From NCBI GenBank assembly GCA_010015805.1, contig ML978124.1, positions 1,364,001 through 1,428,000 on the forward strand: a stretch of 64,000 bases of DNA, read 5' to 3'. A program made the translations under genes and the position numbers. Position 1 is the first letter of the stretch. Each line of letters begins with the position of its first letter. Under the pieces are notes generated by a model. That model was not told the origin of the DNA and ran no database searches. It saw nothing but the letters and a program-made list of their open reading frames with translations. This document shows positions 37,131-50,942 of this stretch, piece by piece. The stretch comes from Rhizodiscina lignyota (lineage: Eukaryota).

Positions 37131-37711
37131 ACTTGTAGCTTTAAGGGTCCAAATGGAGGTGATTCTGGGGGGAAATGAGGGAGTCTGGTGTATGTAATGA
37201 ATTGAGAAGTTGACTGTAACTTTATCCTTAGAAGTCTATGAACAAAACTTAGAGAAAAGGGCACTGGATATTACAGCACCAAAAAATTGTGGGTTTCTCT
37301 AACGAGAAGAGTATTTTGACAGTGCAGGCCATCTTCACTCACATCCCCGCATCCTCTCGGCTGTCAAGCACTTTTGTGCCTCAGATTCGCCGAGGGGAGC
37401 CGCGTAGCTAAAGTTAGCACATACAGAGAGAGTATATCAGGTTGTGACGTTTGTCGAGCTTGTAGACTAAGTGACTGTGCCGTGAAAGGGTTTTGAACAT
37501 CGAAAACTCTTTTACAGAAGAGTAACAAGTACATATGTATTTCCGTTGTCTTCTGTTGGGAACCTTGGATGGAGAGCTGAAGCTGAAAAGGGGAAGCGCA
37601 CGTGACTCATTTTTAGCGCGCGTATCATCCCTGCAACGCCAGCTTAACATTTTGAGGACAGCTTGAGGCTCATCGACTTCTCCAGATCAACTCAGCGCGT
37701 CGCAGATCACG

Positions 37712-38517
37712 ATGGAGCCAAGATTATGTCGCATATCATGGGCATCGCTCGCCCTGGCATGGCTGCTGTATGCCATGTGCGTCTCTCCTGTTGCAGGACT
37801 GCACTTCCACATGCAAAGCGATCACGCGAAGTGTTTCCATGAGGAACTCCCAAAGGATACACTTGTTGTCGGTAGGAAAGATACATCCCACGTTCTCTCT
37901 GTCATGCTAACTTGTTGATTTAGGCCATTTTGACGCGAAGCAATGGGATGACCCGTCGCGAACCTTCACATCGAACCCTAACGTCCGCATCTACATATCG
38001 GTAGAAGAAGTCTTTGACAACTACCACCGTGTCGTTTCGCAAGAAGGTGATGCCAAAGGACGATTCACATTCAGCGCTGCAGATTCGGGTGAGCACAGGA
38101 TATGCTTCACGCCAACAAACGCGGGTGGCCTGGGCGGTTGGCTGCCCAACGGCGACGCGATAGGGAACATCAAATTTGAGCTGGACATGGCCATCGGCGA
38201 AACGAGCCAGATTGAGAGTACAGACAAGGATAAGATCAAGGATATTCAACAGAGGGTCAAAGATTTGAACTCGAGGCTGCAGGATATCAGGAGGGAGCAG
38301 GTCTTTCAGAGGGTAAGACCGCGCAACAGACAGTTACCCATGACTTGATCTAATATTTCGCGATTAGGAACGAGAGGCTGAGTTTAGGGATCAATCTGAG
38401 TCGACGAATGCGAGAGCGGTTCGCTGGTCTCTGATACAGTTGGCGGTTTTGGGTGTCACCTGTGCGTGGCAGTTGTCGCATTTGCGGGCGTTCTTCATTA
38501 AGCAAAAGTTGACTTGA
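37712..38517 (+). CDS. ERP1: p24/emp24/gp25L family cargo receptor (Erp1-like)
   Basis: Signal peptide, [60 protein letters not shown]. Confidence 0.9.
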
Positions 38518-39405
38518 ACAATTGTGATACTATATGGCATTGTGGAGTGGATGGAATGGCATCAAATGGCGTAGAGGCATTCAAAATTGAGCTACATGGA
38601 CACCCCTTGACCGGTCTTCTCGTCGTTTAACTCACCGTTCCTTTACTCTTCGGCGTCCTGCGGGCCTTTTTAACGCCTGACATTTACCATCATAGCTGCT
38701 CCACCGTCAATGCAAGGGCTAGTGCGATTCTGCGGCAAGTTGTTGCTTAAACGCTCTGTCCTCTTCAAACCTTTAAAGGTAGCTACATCCAACCTTTTCT
38801 CTTACCCCCTTCAACATCTTCGTTCCGACGAATATTCGCCTGGCTACCACTCTCCGCACTATTAAAAGCCTCAGCCGTGCGACTCTGCCGGAACGCTCGA
38901 AGACCTACCTACCGTTGATTGAAACACTTTCCTCGATTCAGCTGCTTCGCTGATAGAATAATTTACCTCTACCGACTGAAAGCCTCGTAGCTAATCCGAT
39001 GTAGAATAGGGATATTCTCCAAGTCAGCGCACGGCATATGAGTGGACTCCGCTAATTTTCACATCGATGCTCGGGCAGGACGTGGGAATTGGTGTTAGAG
39101 TTATCTGCCTTTAGCGAATGGAAGCTCGCGCAATAAGGGAGAACCGGTGTTTCATGTGTACTAGCGTTCGAGTCCATAAGCTCTATACTATATGTTGCGC
39201 AAGTGGGTGGTATTATAACAATCAGCTATCTACGCTAACCGCGGTCATCTAGATGATACACAAGAAGTCTACAGAAGCTCCATAAGTCTCGCACAACATG
39301 AGATCGTAAACGCCGCCTACACTCCATGCAAGATCGTAGCGCATGTTCGGATACAGCACAATCAAGTCAAGCTTGCCCTTTTGTTCGACCTCCATAGGTA
39401 AGGGT

Positions 39406-41329
39406 CTAGTGTGCTGCAACACCCTTCAGCTTCTCCACCTCCTTCAACTTGATCTGCAGCGCAACCTGCTGTATTTGAATCTCCAACCTTTGCTTCTCCA
39501 GCTCCAACTTCTGTAGCTCGAGCTTGAGGAGCTCTGGATCCTCGCTACCAGTTGGCGCACCGTTTGGAATCTTCTCAATGCTGCCGTTCGCCGGCTTCTC
39601 CGAGCCCGCAGCCGGTGTGAATGAAGGCATCGCGCCTCCTTCAAGCTTCTTGTCGCCTTGCTTGGCATATAGCTCGTCAATCTCCTCCTTGTACAGTCTG
39701 ACGGAAGGGTTCCGTTGTACTGTGCCCTTGCCCGTTCGCTGGAGAGGTTTGGACTCTTTGGTGAAAAGGATGTGGGTTTTCCTGACAAGAGCGTGCTTCG
39801 GAGCGACCTTGTTCGCCGCTTCGATGGTAGGCCAAATCTGCTCGACGATGTCTTCCTCGTTCAAATTTGATGCGGCTTCTTCGAGTTCGATCAGTGCGGC
39901 GGACTGCTCATGTCCAGTGCCGACAACAAGTGCGTACCGGATAAGTGGGTTCGCCCGCAGCTCCTCTTCAAAGGCAAGTGGGTTGAACTTCGAAATATTC
40001 TTGTACACGATGAGGTCATCCAAACGGCCTTCGTAGAACCACAAGTTCGGCTTCGTGGGATGCTTCCTGAACAGATCCTTGATAGGCCATTCTTGCAGTT
40101 CCGGAAACACCGTCCAAACAAAATGCTTGTCTTCGCTGTCAGGGGTCCGGACGAAGACAAGTTCGTAAATGCCGGGTGTGGTCTCGCGGAACTCCATCCC
40201 AGGCAATTGAGTAAAGTATACGTAATCCCAGTCTTCAGGATCTCCCTCAACCTGCAATCCACAAATGCCGGCTTCCGTAGATCCATAGATGCCCCTAACT
40301 CTAGTCTTCGTAGACAGGAGTTTGCCGAGATTTGTGTCCAAAGGCCCTAAGATATATGTTAGAACAACGTGCACAGGCCCTGATAAGGTACATCGACATA
40401 CCACCACCATACCAACATGCACCCATGCTCGCAAGCATATCAAGCCCACCTTCCTTTGCAATTACGTCTGTGTAGAGCTGCGACGGGAGACCAATCTCAT
40501 CGGCAGCTCCAAAGATGGTACAATCCATCACGTCTTGTGGACTCGGCATCCGGTCTACGGGACCCCAGATAAATATATGATTGGCGAGAATTGCAGCGAT
40601 CGCTCCGACCATTTCGCTTGCGGACGTGTGCCATGGTGGGAACGCGACGTAGCGCCGCATTGGGCCCTCAGCTGCTGTAAGCAATGCAGCGACCGTCTTC
40701 CTGCCGTCGATTGGAGGATGATACATCTGCCAATCTTGTACCGCCGCCCAGGCGTGAGTGTGCATCACTGGCTTTGGCATTCCAGTTGAGCCTGAGGTGT
40801 GGAGAACAAGATATGGATCATTCTTAGCCTCCTCGAACGTCTTGGGAAAGTCGTATTGCTTTGGTTCGCCCACAGCCCAGAGCAGTTCTTCAAGTTCCTC
40901 GACAGGAATCATCTTCAAGTCATGCGTATGGCCGAGCATGGCCTCTACATTGATCTGCTTTGCGTGAAGGATGATCGAACATTCCGTATTTTTGAGCAGG
41001 TGCAGATGCATGGTAACACTGTTTCGCGGTGCCGAGAACAGAGCCTTGAAGCCAAGCTTGTTGACAGCGAGCATGATGATCCAGTATCGCAAGTCCGGTG
41101 GACCGTAATAGGCGATGGTCTCGTTCTTCACACTGCGTCCAACCTGTGGTTCGAGAAATTCGCACATGCGGTTGACTGCCCTGGCGAAGTCCAGGATCGA
41201 GACATCGCGGAAGCAGCCCTTGTACAATTTGGAACCACCTTGGATGATGGAGGAAATAACCTTCGTGGGGTTCGTCTTGGCCTGTCGATCGAGCTCGACG
41301 GCGAGCAGTCGCTTCCCAATTGATGCCAT
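39406..41329 (-). CDS. Stand-alone adenylation domain of the NRPS-like (A-T-R) family, lacking T and R domains
   Basis: LHTSGSTGMPKP, IYGSTE, KDLFRKHP, EGRLDDLI, RTGKGTVQR. Intron 40347-40401. Ends in a coiled-coil tail. Confidence 0.85.
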
Positions 41330-43523
41330 TATTGTGTAAACAAGGTAACGCGTGAGGGAAAACACGAAGAGGAGTAGAACACGACGCGAGAGTCGGAAGG
41401 GGAGGTTTCATCTTATACTTATACAGTTTCACACACGAGATAGGCATTTGCTCGCAGGGCTGACGGGAGACGCGTACATGGTTCGCCGTCTCGCAGCTCA
41501 CGTCCGCTCCAACGGTCCAACGGTCCACTCGCAATACCCGCGCGACCAGGAATGATTCCAAGAGCGTTGCACGGAGAGGTTAGCTTAGCTAATCCCAGAA
41601 TCTTACACGCCACAACCCGGAAGTGCCTAGAATCTGACCACTGGACATAGCGAGTAGGGTCGCCACGGCGATGGCGAAAGGAGTAAGGGATTAGCATGGA
41701 AATAAAAGTTGCTAGGTCAAGCAATTTCGGTATGTAGACACTGTAACATTGTGCTAAATGTGGCATGCCGCTCGGGTGTCGGAGGACCGAGCTGTATATG
41801 AAAGTTTTGCGGTGCTGAATCCTGGACTGGTCGTTAAAGCTGAAGCAAGATCATCATGTGCATGTGCCGTGGGTTAGAGCTGACTCATCTACAAGCCTCC
41901 CACAAAGTGAAGCATCCCGTTCAACGGTCTCCTTAGTCTCAAATCACTGCAATTGTCCGACTTTTTGCCTTCAGCACATCGAATTACAGATACTACGTCA
42001 GTCAAATTCGCCTGATAAAAGTTTTTCTTCTTACAGAATGTCCTAGAAACGCAACTTGGCGCTGAGTACATCCTCTGGACATGCATAAACTTCTCCTGTA
42101 GGCGCTACAGGGAGTGTCGAGCGAAAGCTATGGCCCATGGCTCCTCGTGTTACCACAGGGAGTCTCAGTCCACAAAAGGGCGGCCGTGCCCCTAATACGG
42201 TATTCCGAGAGTACCGTACGGGGTAATACACTTTCCTGCGCCACACCTTGATTATACTTCTCCTTTGATCCTCCGTCTTTCACTTTCTTCCCTTTCTTCA
42301 AATGGAAACAGTCAAATGCTGAACGAGTATCACGAATGACTCCGTCGATTAATATACTTCACCATTGTTTCCATATCTTGAAGGTCGCGAAGGCGGAAGC
42401 GGAATCCGTCTGCCGCGACGGCTTCTGTGAACCATCTTCAGCTAAAGTCGTCGGCTGAATGACATCTCGACTAATACCAAGTAAAGACTTCATACCTCGA
42501 CTCAGGTGTGTGCACATGTGCAGCCAATTGACACTGCTGTATTGCGGTCGGTACGAAAATTCCAGGGAGAATCTATTCCTGAAAGACAGCGGTACTCCCA
42601 TCTTCGCTGTTGAAATCCTGGCCTCCACAACGCCTTCGTGAAGATTGGGAAATAACATGCGCGAATGAGTTGTAATCATAAGGTATTTGACGAAGCTCCA
42701 GCTAGACCCACTTGCGAGATCGCCAAAGTTCCGGCTCTGGTCGTATCATGATCCAAAGAGCACCTGAATGATCCCCGCAAGTCATAGAGCTGGTGTATAC
42801 AGCCGTTACTTGATATCTTGTATGGTCTTATGTGCCGCAACTGATACTGAAAATGCTTGCACAAAGCATTGCGCTCGAAGGAGCATTGACGCATGTTGAA
42901 TAATCTGAAATTTGTTCTTCCGTGAGACTGTGGCTTCGCAAGATAGACGACTGAATCAACGCTCGAGGAAGACAGGCATGCCGCATAGCACTCCAACAGC
43001 ATCGCTTGCGAATATATTATCTCGCCAAGCTCCACGTTGAACCACGTATGAGTAAGATTTCTTCGGGAAGATAACTCGGCTGGAAAGCTGACACGAAATC
43101 ATTCCATGGACTCACTCAGGCTCGAAGTCTTCAAAATATGTCTGTAGCCTCGTTCACATTCACTATTCTTCGTGTCTCTTCCATTCACTTTCGTGACAGA
43201 CAGGTGTAAGGGTTCTTGTAGGATGAGATGAAAATGGCAAGGGTAGGTCGTGATATAGACTAGCCCATGTTTGGCTAGCGTCAGGAACGTCCGCATTCTT
43301 CAGTGCCACCAAACTTTGTTTCAACGATGTTTCTATCAAGCGAGAAACTCGTCGACCAAGTCGCTCCTTGACTTTTTACCTTTCGTTCTATCTCTAAATT
43401 GCCCTTTACAGTCACTCATTTGGTTATTGTCTGGTACACATACTACTCGACGCGTGCGTCCGACGCCTTTCCTGAACGAACGAAACGAACGATAACGAAC
43501 GATACCCACTTGATTTCGTAACA

Positions 43524-44006
43524 ATGCTGTTCTCAAAGACTATCGCCCTTGCAGCAATTGCACTGTTCCAAATTGCGGCCGCGATACCACCAGCGTGCTT
43601 GTTGGGTGCCTTGAATTCGCAGCAAAACCTGGGCGACATCAAAGGAATCTGTAGCAATGGCGCGTCCGACATTCAGAAAGGGATTGCACAGCTCTGCGGG
43701 GACAACAGCGATGCAGCGATGAAATCTTTCGCCGACACTTGCAAGCAGGTCGCTGGCGTCTCTGTCTCAACTGCGGCGTCATCAACCGAGTCGGGATCGA
43801 AGACGGCTTCAGGTTCTCACTCCGCGACTGGAACGTCCAGTGTCGACGTCCTTAATCCTTCGGCCAGCGGTACTGGAAGTGGCAGTGGCAGCGGCAGTGC
43901 GACTGGCTCGGCTGCCGCTACAGGAACTGGTGCAGCTGGTAGGAATACCGCTGGGTCCTTCGCTGCTGTTGCTATGGCTGTCGCAGGTTTCGCTATGGCT
44001 GTATAA
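43524..44006 (+). CDS. Small GPI-anchored Ser/Thr/Gly-rich cell-surface protein with 4-Cys N-terminal domain
   Basis: Signal peptide, PPACLLGA...C...C...C, low-complexity S/T/G stalk, hydrophobic C-terminus. Confidence 0.88.
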   Translation: MLFSKTIALAAIALFQIAAAIPPACLLGALNSQQNLGDIKGICSNGASDIQKGIAQLCGDNSDAAMKSFADTCKQVAGVSVSTAASSTESGSKTASGSHSATGTSSVDVLNPSASGTGSGSGSGSATGSAAATGTGAAGRNTAGSFAAVAMAVAGFAMAV

Positions 44007-44680
44007 GGTGAATCTGGTGTTAGGGGACATGCTTCAAGGAAATCGAAGAGCGTGGAGCGCGATTCGTGGGGCAGGAAGGTTTGCAATGATATTCACTGTT
44101 CAGGAGCAAAATGGTGATCATGAGCATTTGCGGTTTGGCTTTCGTGATACCAGGATTGTTTTCAAGTCTCCTAGTTCATCATGGTAGGATTGACTTCAAT
44201 TTCGATGGTGGGATACTCTGTGCTCTAAATTATAAATGCCCAATATGAAATCGTGATTGCGAAATAACCATACCTCATCCGTTTTGAGTGAGACGTCTCT
44301 TGCAGTAATTGGAGCCCACTGATGCCAGCCTTTCGATCCCATATTAATCGCACGACGCGCCAAGCCTTGACTGCGGACTTAACCACGCGGCATCTTCATT
44401 CACCCCCGGGACTAGACATTTGCGCCTGTCACTCTCTCGCACAACTCCAATCGTTTTCAGGTCGAGTTAATCCCGTTGCAAAGCACCTATGACATGTAAA
44501 TGTCAAATACGATCCCTCTTCTGGCGCGAGAACCTGCGATGCTCAAAGGAGACCCACGGAACCAACGGCCGTCGACAGACATACAATTGTTAGAGGATAC
44601 ATAGGAACAAGAGCGCATACATTCGGCCGGCGGAGAAGAGTTCTAGTCAGTAGGCGCCACTTGGCGTCTGCTCTCCCACA

Positions 44681-46029
44681 ATGTTACTCCCAAATGGCGG
44701 AGAGCACTGGAAATCCGCGAAGGCGCAAATTCCAGCGTCAAAGGCCGTCATACACTACATTTCGAGCATATCACGGACGCGTAGATACTTTCTTTTTGTC
44801 GCTGTAGGGGCTACGATTCTACTATTCTGGCGGTGGCTTTCTGGACATGACGCTCGAAGGTATATTCTCTGGGATAAAGGAATCACGTCTGAAGCTAACC
44901 ATGACGTGGAAACCAGATATGAGTGCTTTGGTCCTCCAAAACCGCCCATGGACATGACGCCTAATGAACGAGACCGCTGGTCCGCAGACAACACGCCCGT
45001 ATTCTTTAACCACCACACGCCCATCGAAGTCAACGACACCACAATCAAGCATATCAACCTCAACCTCGTCAAGTCCACGCCTGATGCGCGCCAGCTCCAA
45101 GAGCGCGTACTACTCCTTTCGCCGCTCCGAGATGCTGCATACTACCTCCCTACCCACTTCGACCTCCTCACTTCACTCACCTACCCCCACCATCTCATCG
45201 ACCTTGCCTTCCTCGTCGGTGATACAAGCGATGACACTATGGCTGTGCTGGCAAAGGAACTGACACGCATCCAGACGCGCGATGATACTGTCCCGTTCCA
45301 CAGCGTCACCATCATCGAGAAGGACTTCAATGTCACGATGTCACAGGATGTTGATGAGCGGCACGGTTTCAAGGCGCAAGGGCCACGGAGGAAATCAATG
45401 GGCCGAGCGAGGAACTACCTTCTCAGTACGGCGCTGAAGCCTGAGCATAGCTGGGTGTACTGGCGAGATGTGGATATTGTCGACAGTCCGCCGAGCATTA
45501 TCGAGGATTTCATCGCTCATGACCGCGATGTGCTGGTGCCGAACATCTGGTTTCACCGCTATGAAGAGCAAGACGGGAAAATGGTAGACATAGAAGGGCG
45601 TTGTAAGGCTAAAAATTAACCCCTCTCCATCTCTCCAGATACTTACTTCCTCTCCCAGTCGATTACAACTCCTGGCAGGAGACAGCGACCTCCCTCAAGA
45701 ACCAGCGCAAATGGAAACTGTCTCGTGACATTATCCTCGCGGAAGGTTACAAGGAGTACAAGACCGGGCGGAACTACATGGCCAAGATGGGTTCCCGGAA
45801 GGCCGATAAGGACGAAGAGATCCCCCTCGACGGTATCGGTGGCGTCAATATTCTCGTCAAGGCCGACGTACACAGGAGCGGGATTAACTTCCCCTGCTAT
45901 CCGTTCGAGAATCAGGCCGAGACAGAGGGCTTTGCGAAGATGGCGAAAAGAGCGGGATATGGAGTCTGGGGACTTCCGAATTACGTCGTTTGGCATATCG
46001 ACACGGAGGAGAAGCCTGGAAATGGGTAG
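44681..46029 (+). CDS. Mannan polymerase subunit, Anp1/Van1/Mnn9 family (GT62)
   Basis: Type II TM, ERVLLLSPLRD, TYPHHLIDLAFLV, WVYWRDVD, DGIGGVNILVKA, ETEGFAKMA. Introns 44860-44916 and about 45603-45658. Confidence 0.9.
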
Positions 46030-46569
46030 AGGCTTGGGTCACGGGTTGCATGGGATGGCGCGGATGTTTCCAAATCGCATCGTTGGACTGTCTTCGTTTT
46101 ATTCGGCGTTTGAGCGGTCTCGCGACATGCAACATTTTCTGTACCACTAACTTTCCTTTGTTCCACATGTTGGTGGACGTCATTGCGAGGGCGTTGTTGG
46201 GTGTATCGTTCATCCTGCATGAAGACATGTATGAAGAGCCAGCTGGGTGAAACAGCAACTGGTATAATTTTAATATAGCAATCGAATTCGATGCAGGGCA
46301 AAAGACTCTTCGGCGCGCGCCTGTAACACTGAGGACATTATCTCTCGGAGGTGCCTGCGGAGCGGCCTTGGCATTTGTTTGTTTGCGACGCGAACTTCGC
46401 CGCAAGCATTAAAGCACACGACGCGATGTGCACTTCCGAGAATTAGCCAGTACAAGACACATGCGAGCACAGTAACGCCTTTTCAGCTTGGATCTCCTTC
46501 CGACATGCTCTGGGAGCTTCAACCTTGCTCAATCTGAGCTTTCAGTACCACGAACATCGAACATCAAAA

Positions 46570-48526
46570 ATGTCAACACCACAGAAACCGAAGGCTAGGC
46601 CTTACCGAGACTTCCTCACACCCTCGCTACACCGAAGATTCACGGGCGCTGCTCTGTGGTCACTGCTATCATGCTATCTTATTGCGATGTGTTGGTCTTC
46701 GTTCCATATTATCTGGACGTGGTTCCCTATAGGGCCAGCAGGCGTACGAACTCTTCTGCTGTTCATATGTCCATTACTCGTGTACATCCTGCGAGTTGGT
46801 AACATCCATGGTATGTATCAATGCCTTATCTTTGTGAAACTTGGACTGACGGACCTTGACAGTCGGTTCATTGACGACGAGCTCCCCATTTGAGACCTTC
46901 TACCTCCTCTCCGTTCGACCAATCGCACTCCAAGTCTTCACATGGTATACCCTCTCGGCCTTGTGCTTCTGTGAAGTGAGCATATGGGCATCATCAGAGT
47001 CTGATAAACTCGGGATGGTTGACCATGGAAAATCATACGAGAGATCGCGTCTTAATGAGAGGCCAATCTACTTGAGAGCGATGTTCTTTTATGCCGCCGT
47101 GATCCAGTCACTGTACCACGTTTATTTTGACTATGACCGTGTGGCGCTTCCAATTACCTCCAGCGGCACACAGAGTGGACCCTTTACTCAACTGCAAGCG
47201 ACCTTTTCGACGCGAAAGCTGATGTCGATGCTGGCACGTTTCGTGTGGTGGTCGGTCTCAGGCGTGCTAGTCTACACCCTCTTCCTTCGCTGGCCGGTTT
47301 TCAACGCTCAATATTTCCTGGTGAGCAAAATCTACCGCCTCCCGAAGGCTACAGCCTCTGCGATTCCTCCCGACTTCTTCAAGCTTTCCATCCGATACCT
47401 CGTCGATTCATTCCTTCTCCTATGCATCTGGGAACTCGCAAATGCTCTGTCCACAATATATTTGAGCAAAGAACCTCTCAAGCGTGGCCAGCCTTTGACG
47501 AATGACTCCAAAGACCCCAATGGTAGCTTGATCTCCGGCTTGAAAGGGAGGAAAGAGTTCTCAAAGGTATGCTCCCCTCCGTTTAGGGTTAGTACGTAGC
47601 TAACTCTCTCACAGAACATGGCATTCTGGGAGCTTTTGCTGATCACGCGCGACTTTGATGCCCGACGCAAGACCATCTTCGAAGAACTGGACCGACAAGG
47701 AAGCACAACTTGGTCACAGATCTCCAACATTTGCATGGCAGAGATCAAGACCGTGACAGACCGTATTGAAGAATTCAATCGGCCTGCAGTACCTCCACAG
47801 GAGCAGCCGGAAATCCAGAGCCTGCCAAGACTTTCGCAACCTTTGAAGGACGAGAATGTCTTCGCGAAACCCAACGGCACTAGAACATCTCTCGACGGAG
47901 CAATAGATGCGTTGGGCAATTTCGCAAAATCTCATGGCAACAGTCCCGGAGCTGACCCAATTTCCCCAAGAGTAAGAAAACTGATTGGGGCGGCTGCTCA
48001 CAAGGACCAGCAACAGACACCACAGGGAAACAAAAATAATTCCACTGCTGCTGGTCTTCTTGGCGACCTTCTTCACTCACCATCTGGCGCTCCCTTTCGC
48101 CAGAGCTTTGCTCGCCGCGCGACAGCCGTTGTTTGCGGCTCGCCGGTAAGCCGAAGTAGCACGATTACGGCTGCTATCAATGTCTTGACACAGCTTGTCA
48201 CCATTAGTCTGAAGGAAGACAAGTACGGCTGTGTGCAGAAAGATGTCTTGTCAATGTTCAGATGCTTCACGACAACGACTCAGAGCATTGAAAAATTCCT
48301 GCAGACGTTACCGCCGCACTGGACTGATGTGGAGTTCAAGGAGCAGAGCCGAGTGGAGGTAGAGGGCGTGAATGAAGTTCTTGAATCTCTCAGAAAGGGC
48401 ATGGAGGGATTGCTCATGGTGTATGGGGAGTACTTGGAGGGATTGGGAGCGACTGGGAAGGAAGTGAAAGAGGCGAAGGACCTGGTTTCCAAGCGCAAGC
48501 CGCTAGAGATGGCCGAGCAAAACTGA
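46570..48526 (+). CDS. NDC1: Transmembrane nucleoporin Ndc1
   Basis: RPYRDFLTPSLHRRF, RLNERPIYL, SKDPNGSLISGL, AFWELLLI, SLKEDKYGCVQKD. 3 exons. Confidence 0.88.
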
Positions 48527-49536
48527 GCATACGGCGCAATAGATACCACGGGGAATAAAATTTTATTCAGCTATGCTAAATGAGACTTGCTTTAACGTTC
48601 ATCAGATACCGTCGTAGTTATATGTCGTCAACGACCGCCTGCCAGCCCAAGTGAATGAGACATGACAGACAAATCTAAGTGCTTGACTCTATTAACGTTT
48701 CATCATCACCTGAACGTACAAGTTTGATTGAGTCTGACTCGTTCGACCGAGCACCGGCGCAGTCACCCATTTGCAACTGCCCTAGCAGACCCGTAGAAAA
48801 AGGTTGAGCTTGTGCCTCGCATCAAGAATAAGCCCCATCGAGTTACTCCCATCCCCAGCCGAAGCCGAAAGTAAGGAGCAATCGCATGACTATCGACCTC
48901 GACGAAAAACCCTCTTCGTACCCTTGAGCCCACTCTTGCCACCCTGCAGTCCACATACCTCCTCAAGCACAACACGCCGAATCAGGAGACTAAGACATGC
49001 ATCAAGGGCAGGACTCATATCTTCATCCAAGAGGCCCTGAGCACCTCAAGTACCCGAAACGGCAGTACACAAGAGTACAAACGGTAGCGCGGAGGAAGAT
49101 GAGAAGAGATGGAGGATGAGACGAAAAGGCAAGCCGCAGTGCTTCTGTGGCGGCGCGGTTACGCCTGCTCCTTGGTCCGAAGACCACGGAGGTGTCCGGG
49201 GACTTTCTCCCAAAGCAGTTTTGTGTTTGATGAGACAGCGCCGAAGCGCTGCTCTGGATGTAAGCTTCGACTGCGATTCTTTGAGCGAGGAGCTGGAGGT
49301 TGAAATTTTCGGGCGAGGTCCAATAAATATTTCTGCCGGGCCGACCGTCGGCAGATATTCGGAGTAAAAACTACGCGCTAGCGGCGCATCGCGTCGAAGC
49401 TTCAAGAGCTTCACTCAAATGACGCCTGTGACGTGCTTGTTGCCTAACACGAGGCGCGAATATTTAAATCCTTACTTTTCTTCTCACACTCTCTTTCACC
49501 TTCCTTTCCCGCAGTCCTCAACATCGCACCGCAACG

Positions 49537-50705
49537 ATGTCTGGGCTCTTCGGTGCCGCAGCAAACCCTACACAGGGCGATCTCTCGAAGGATGTCCCGG
49601 TGAAAGACCTCCCAGAAGACTCGGTGTCGGACATTGCTTTCTCGCCGGCCGCAGAACACCTCGCCGTGGCATCATGGGACAACAAGGTCCGCATCTACGA
49701 GATCGACGGCTCAGGAAACAGCCAAGGAAAGGCGATGATCACTCATGAAGGTCCTGTGCTGAGCTGTGCTTGGTCCAAGGTAGGCTTGCTGCTGCTTCAC
49801 TCAGTATTATGAATACTCTTAACACCTCACAGGATGGCACGAAAGTTGTCGGTGCTGGAGCGGACAAGGCGGTACGCATGCTCGATTTGCCCTCCGGCGG
49901 AACCACCCCGCAGCAAGTCGCTGCACACGATCAACCTATCAAATGCGTCAAGATGTTCCAAGCGGCTGGAAATAACATGTTGGTGACTGGATCGTGGGAC
50001 AAGACTATCAAATACTGGGACTTGCGCCAGCAGAACCCCGTCGGACAGATTCAGTGCCAGGACCGTGTGTACTCGATGGATATCAAGGACCAGTTGCTCG
50101 TCGTGGCGACTGCCGATCGCTACATCAACATTGTCAACCTTAGCGATCCGTTCAAGTTCTACAAGACGCTTCAGAGCCCTCTGAAGTGGCAGACTAGAGT
50201 GGTGAGCTGCTTCACTGATGCGTCTGGATTCGCAGTTGGAAGCATCGAGGGTCGATGTGCAATTCAATACGTCGAGGAGAAGGACTCGAGGTAAGCTAAA
50301 TGTGTTTATTTTCACTCACGTCCAGCTAATGCATCTAATAGCTCAAACTTTTCCTTCAAATGCCACCGCCAGCAAGAGTCCAACGTGCGCGACTCTGCGA
50401 AGGTTTTCCCTGTCAACGCCATTTCCTTCCACCCTCAGCACGGCACTTTCAGCACCGCTGGCAGCGACGGAACCTTCCACTTCTGGGACAAGGACGCCAA
50501 GCATCGTCTCAAGGGCTATCCAGAAGTTGGCGGCGCCATTTCGTCCACCGCATTCAGCCGCAACGGTAACATCTTCGCGTACGCTGTCAGCTACGATTGG
50601 AGCAAGGGCTACGCCTCGAACAACCCGCAGTACCCTGTCAAGATCATGCTTCATCCGGTGCAGGGCGACGAGTGCAAGCCGAGACCTGGCGGCAAGAAGA
50701 GGTGA
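49537..50705 (+). CDS. GLE2: Poly(A)+ RNA export WD40 protein Gle2/Rae1
   Basis: LVTGSWDKTIKYWDLR, SPLKWQTR, GSIEGRCAIQY, FWDKDAKHRLK, YAVSYDWSKG. 3 exons. Confidence 0.96.
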
Positions 50706-50942
50706 TGTGCCTTCCCTGTTTTCGTGACTTCTTATGAGCAGTTGGTTTTATGAGCATCTTGCAGGGAGTCCAGGCGTGCAAAAGAAGACCCAATGGTAGG
50801 AAGTTCCAAATCCGTCTTTCCGGGTTCTTCCAAAAACGATACCACAACTTTGGGTGGACCTTCACAGGGAGGCTTCAAATTTGAGTTGCATCCTAATTCG
50901 GGCCTTGGTCATTTTGCTTGAAGGCTTGTATAGGAACTGGTG

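Noticed and set aside
41400..43500. Many short ORFs in a 2-kb intergenic region
   Set aside because: No homology cues; consistent with a long divergent promoter region.
48760..49414. Possible small - strand gene between NDC1 and GLE2
   Set aside because: Short open frames with no recognisable motif or consistent exon structure.
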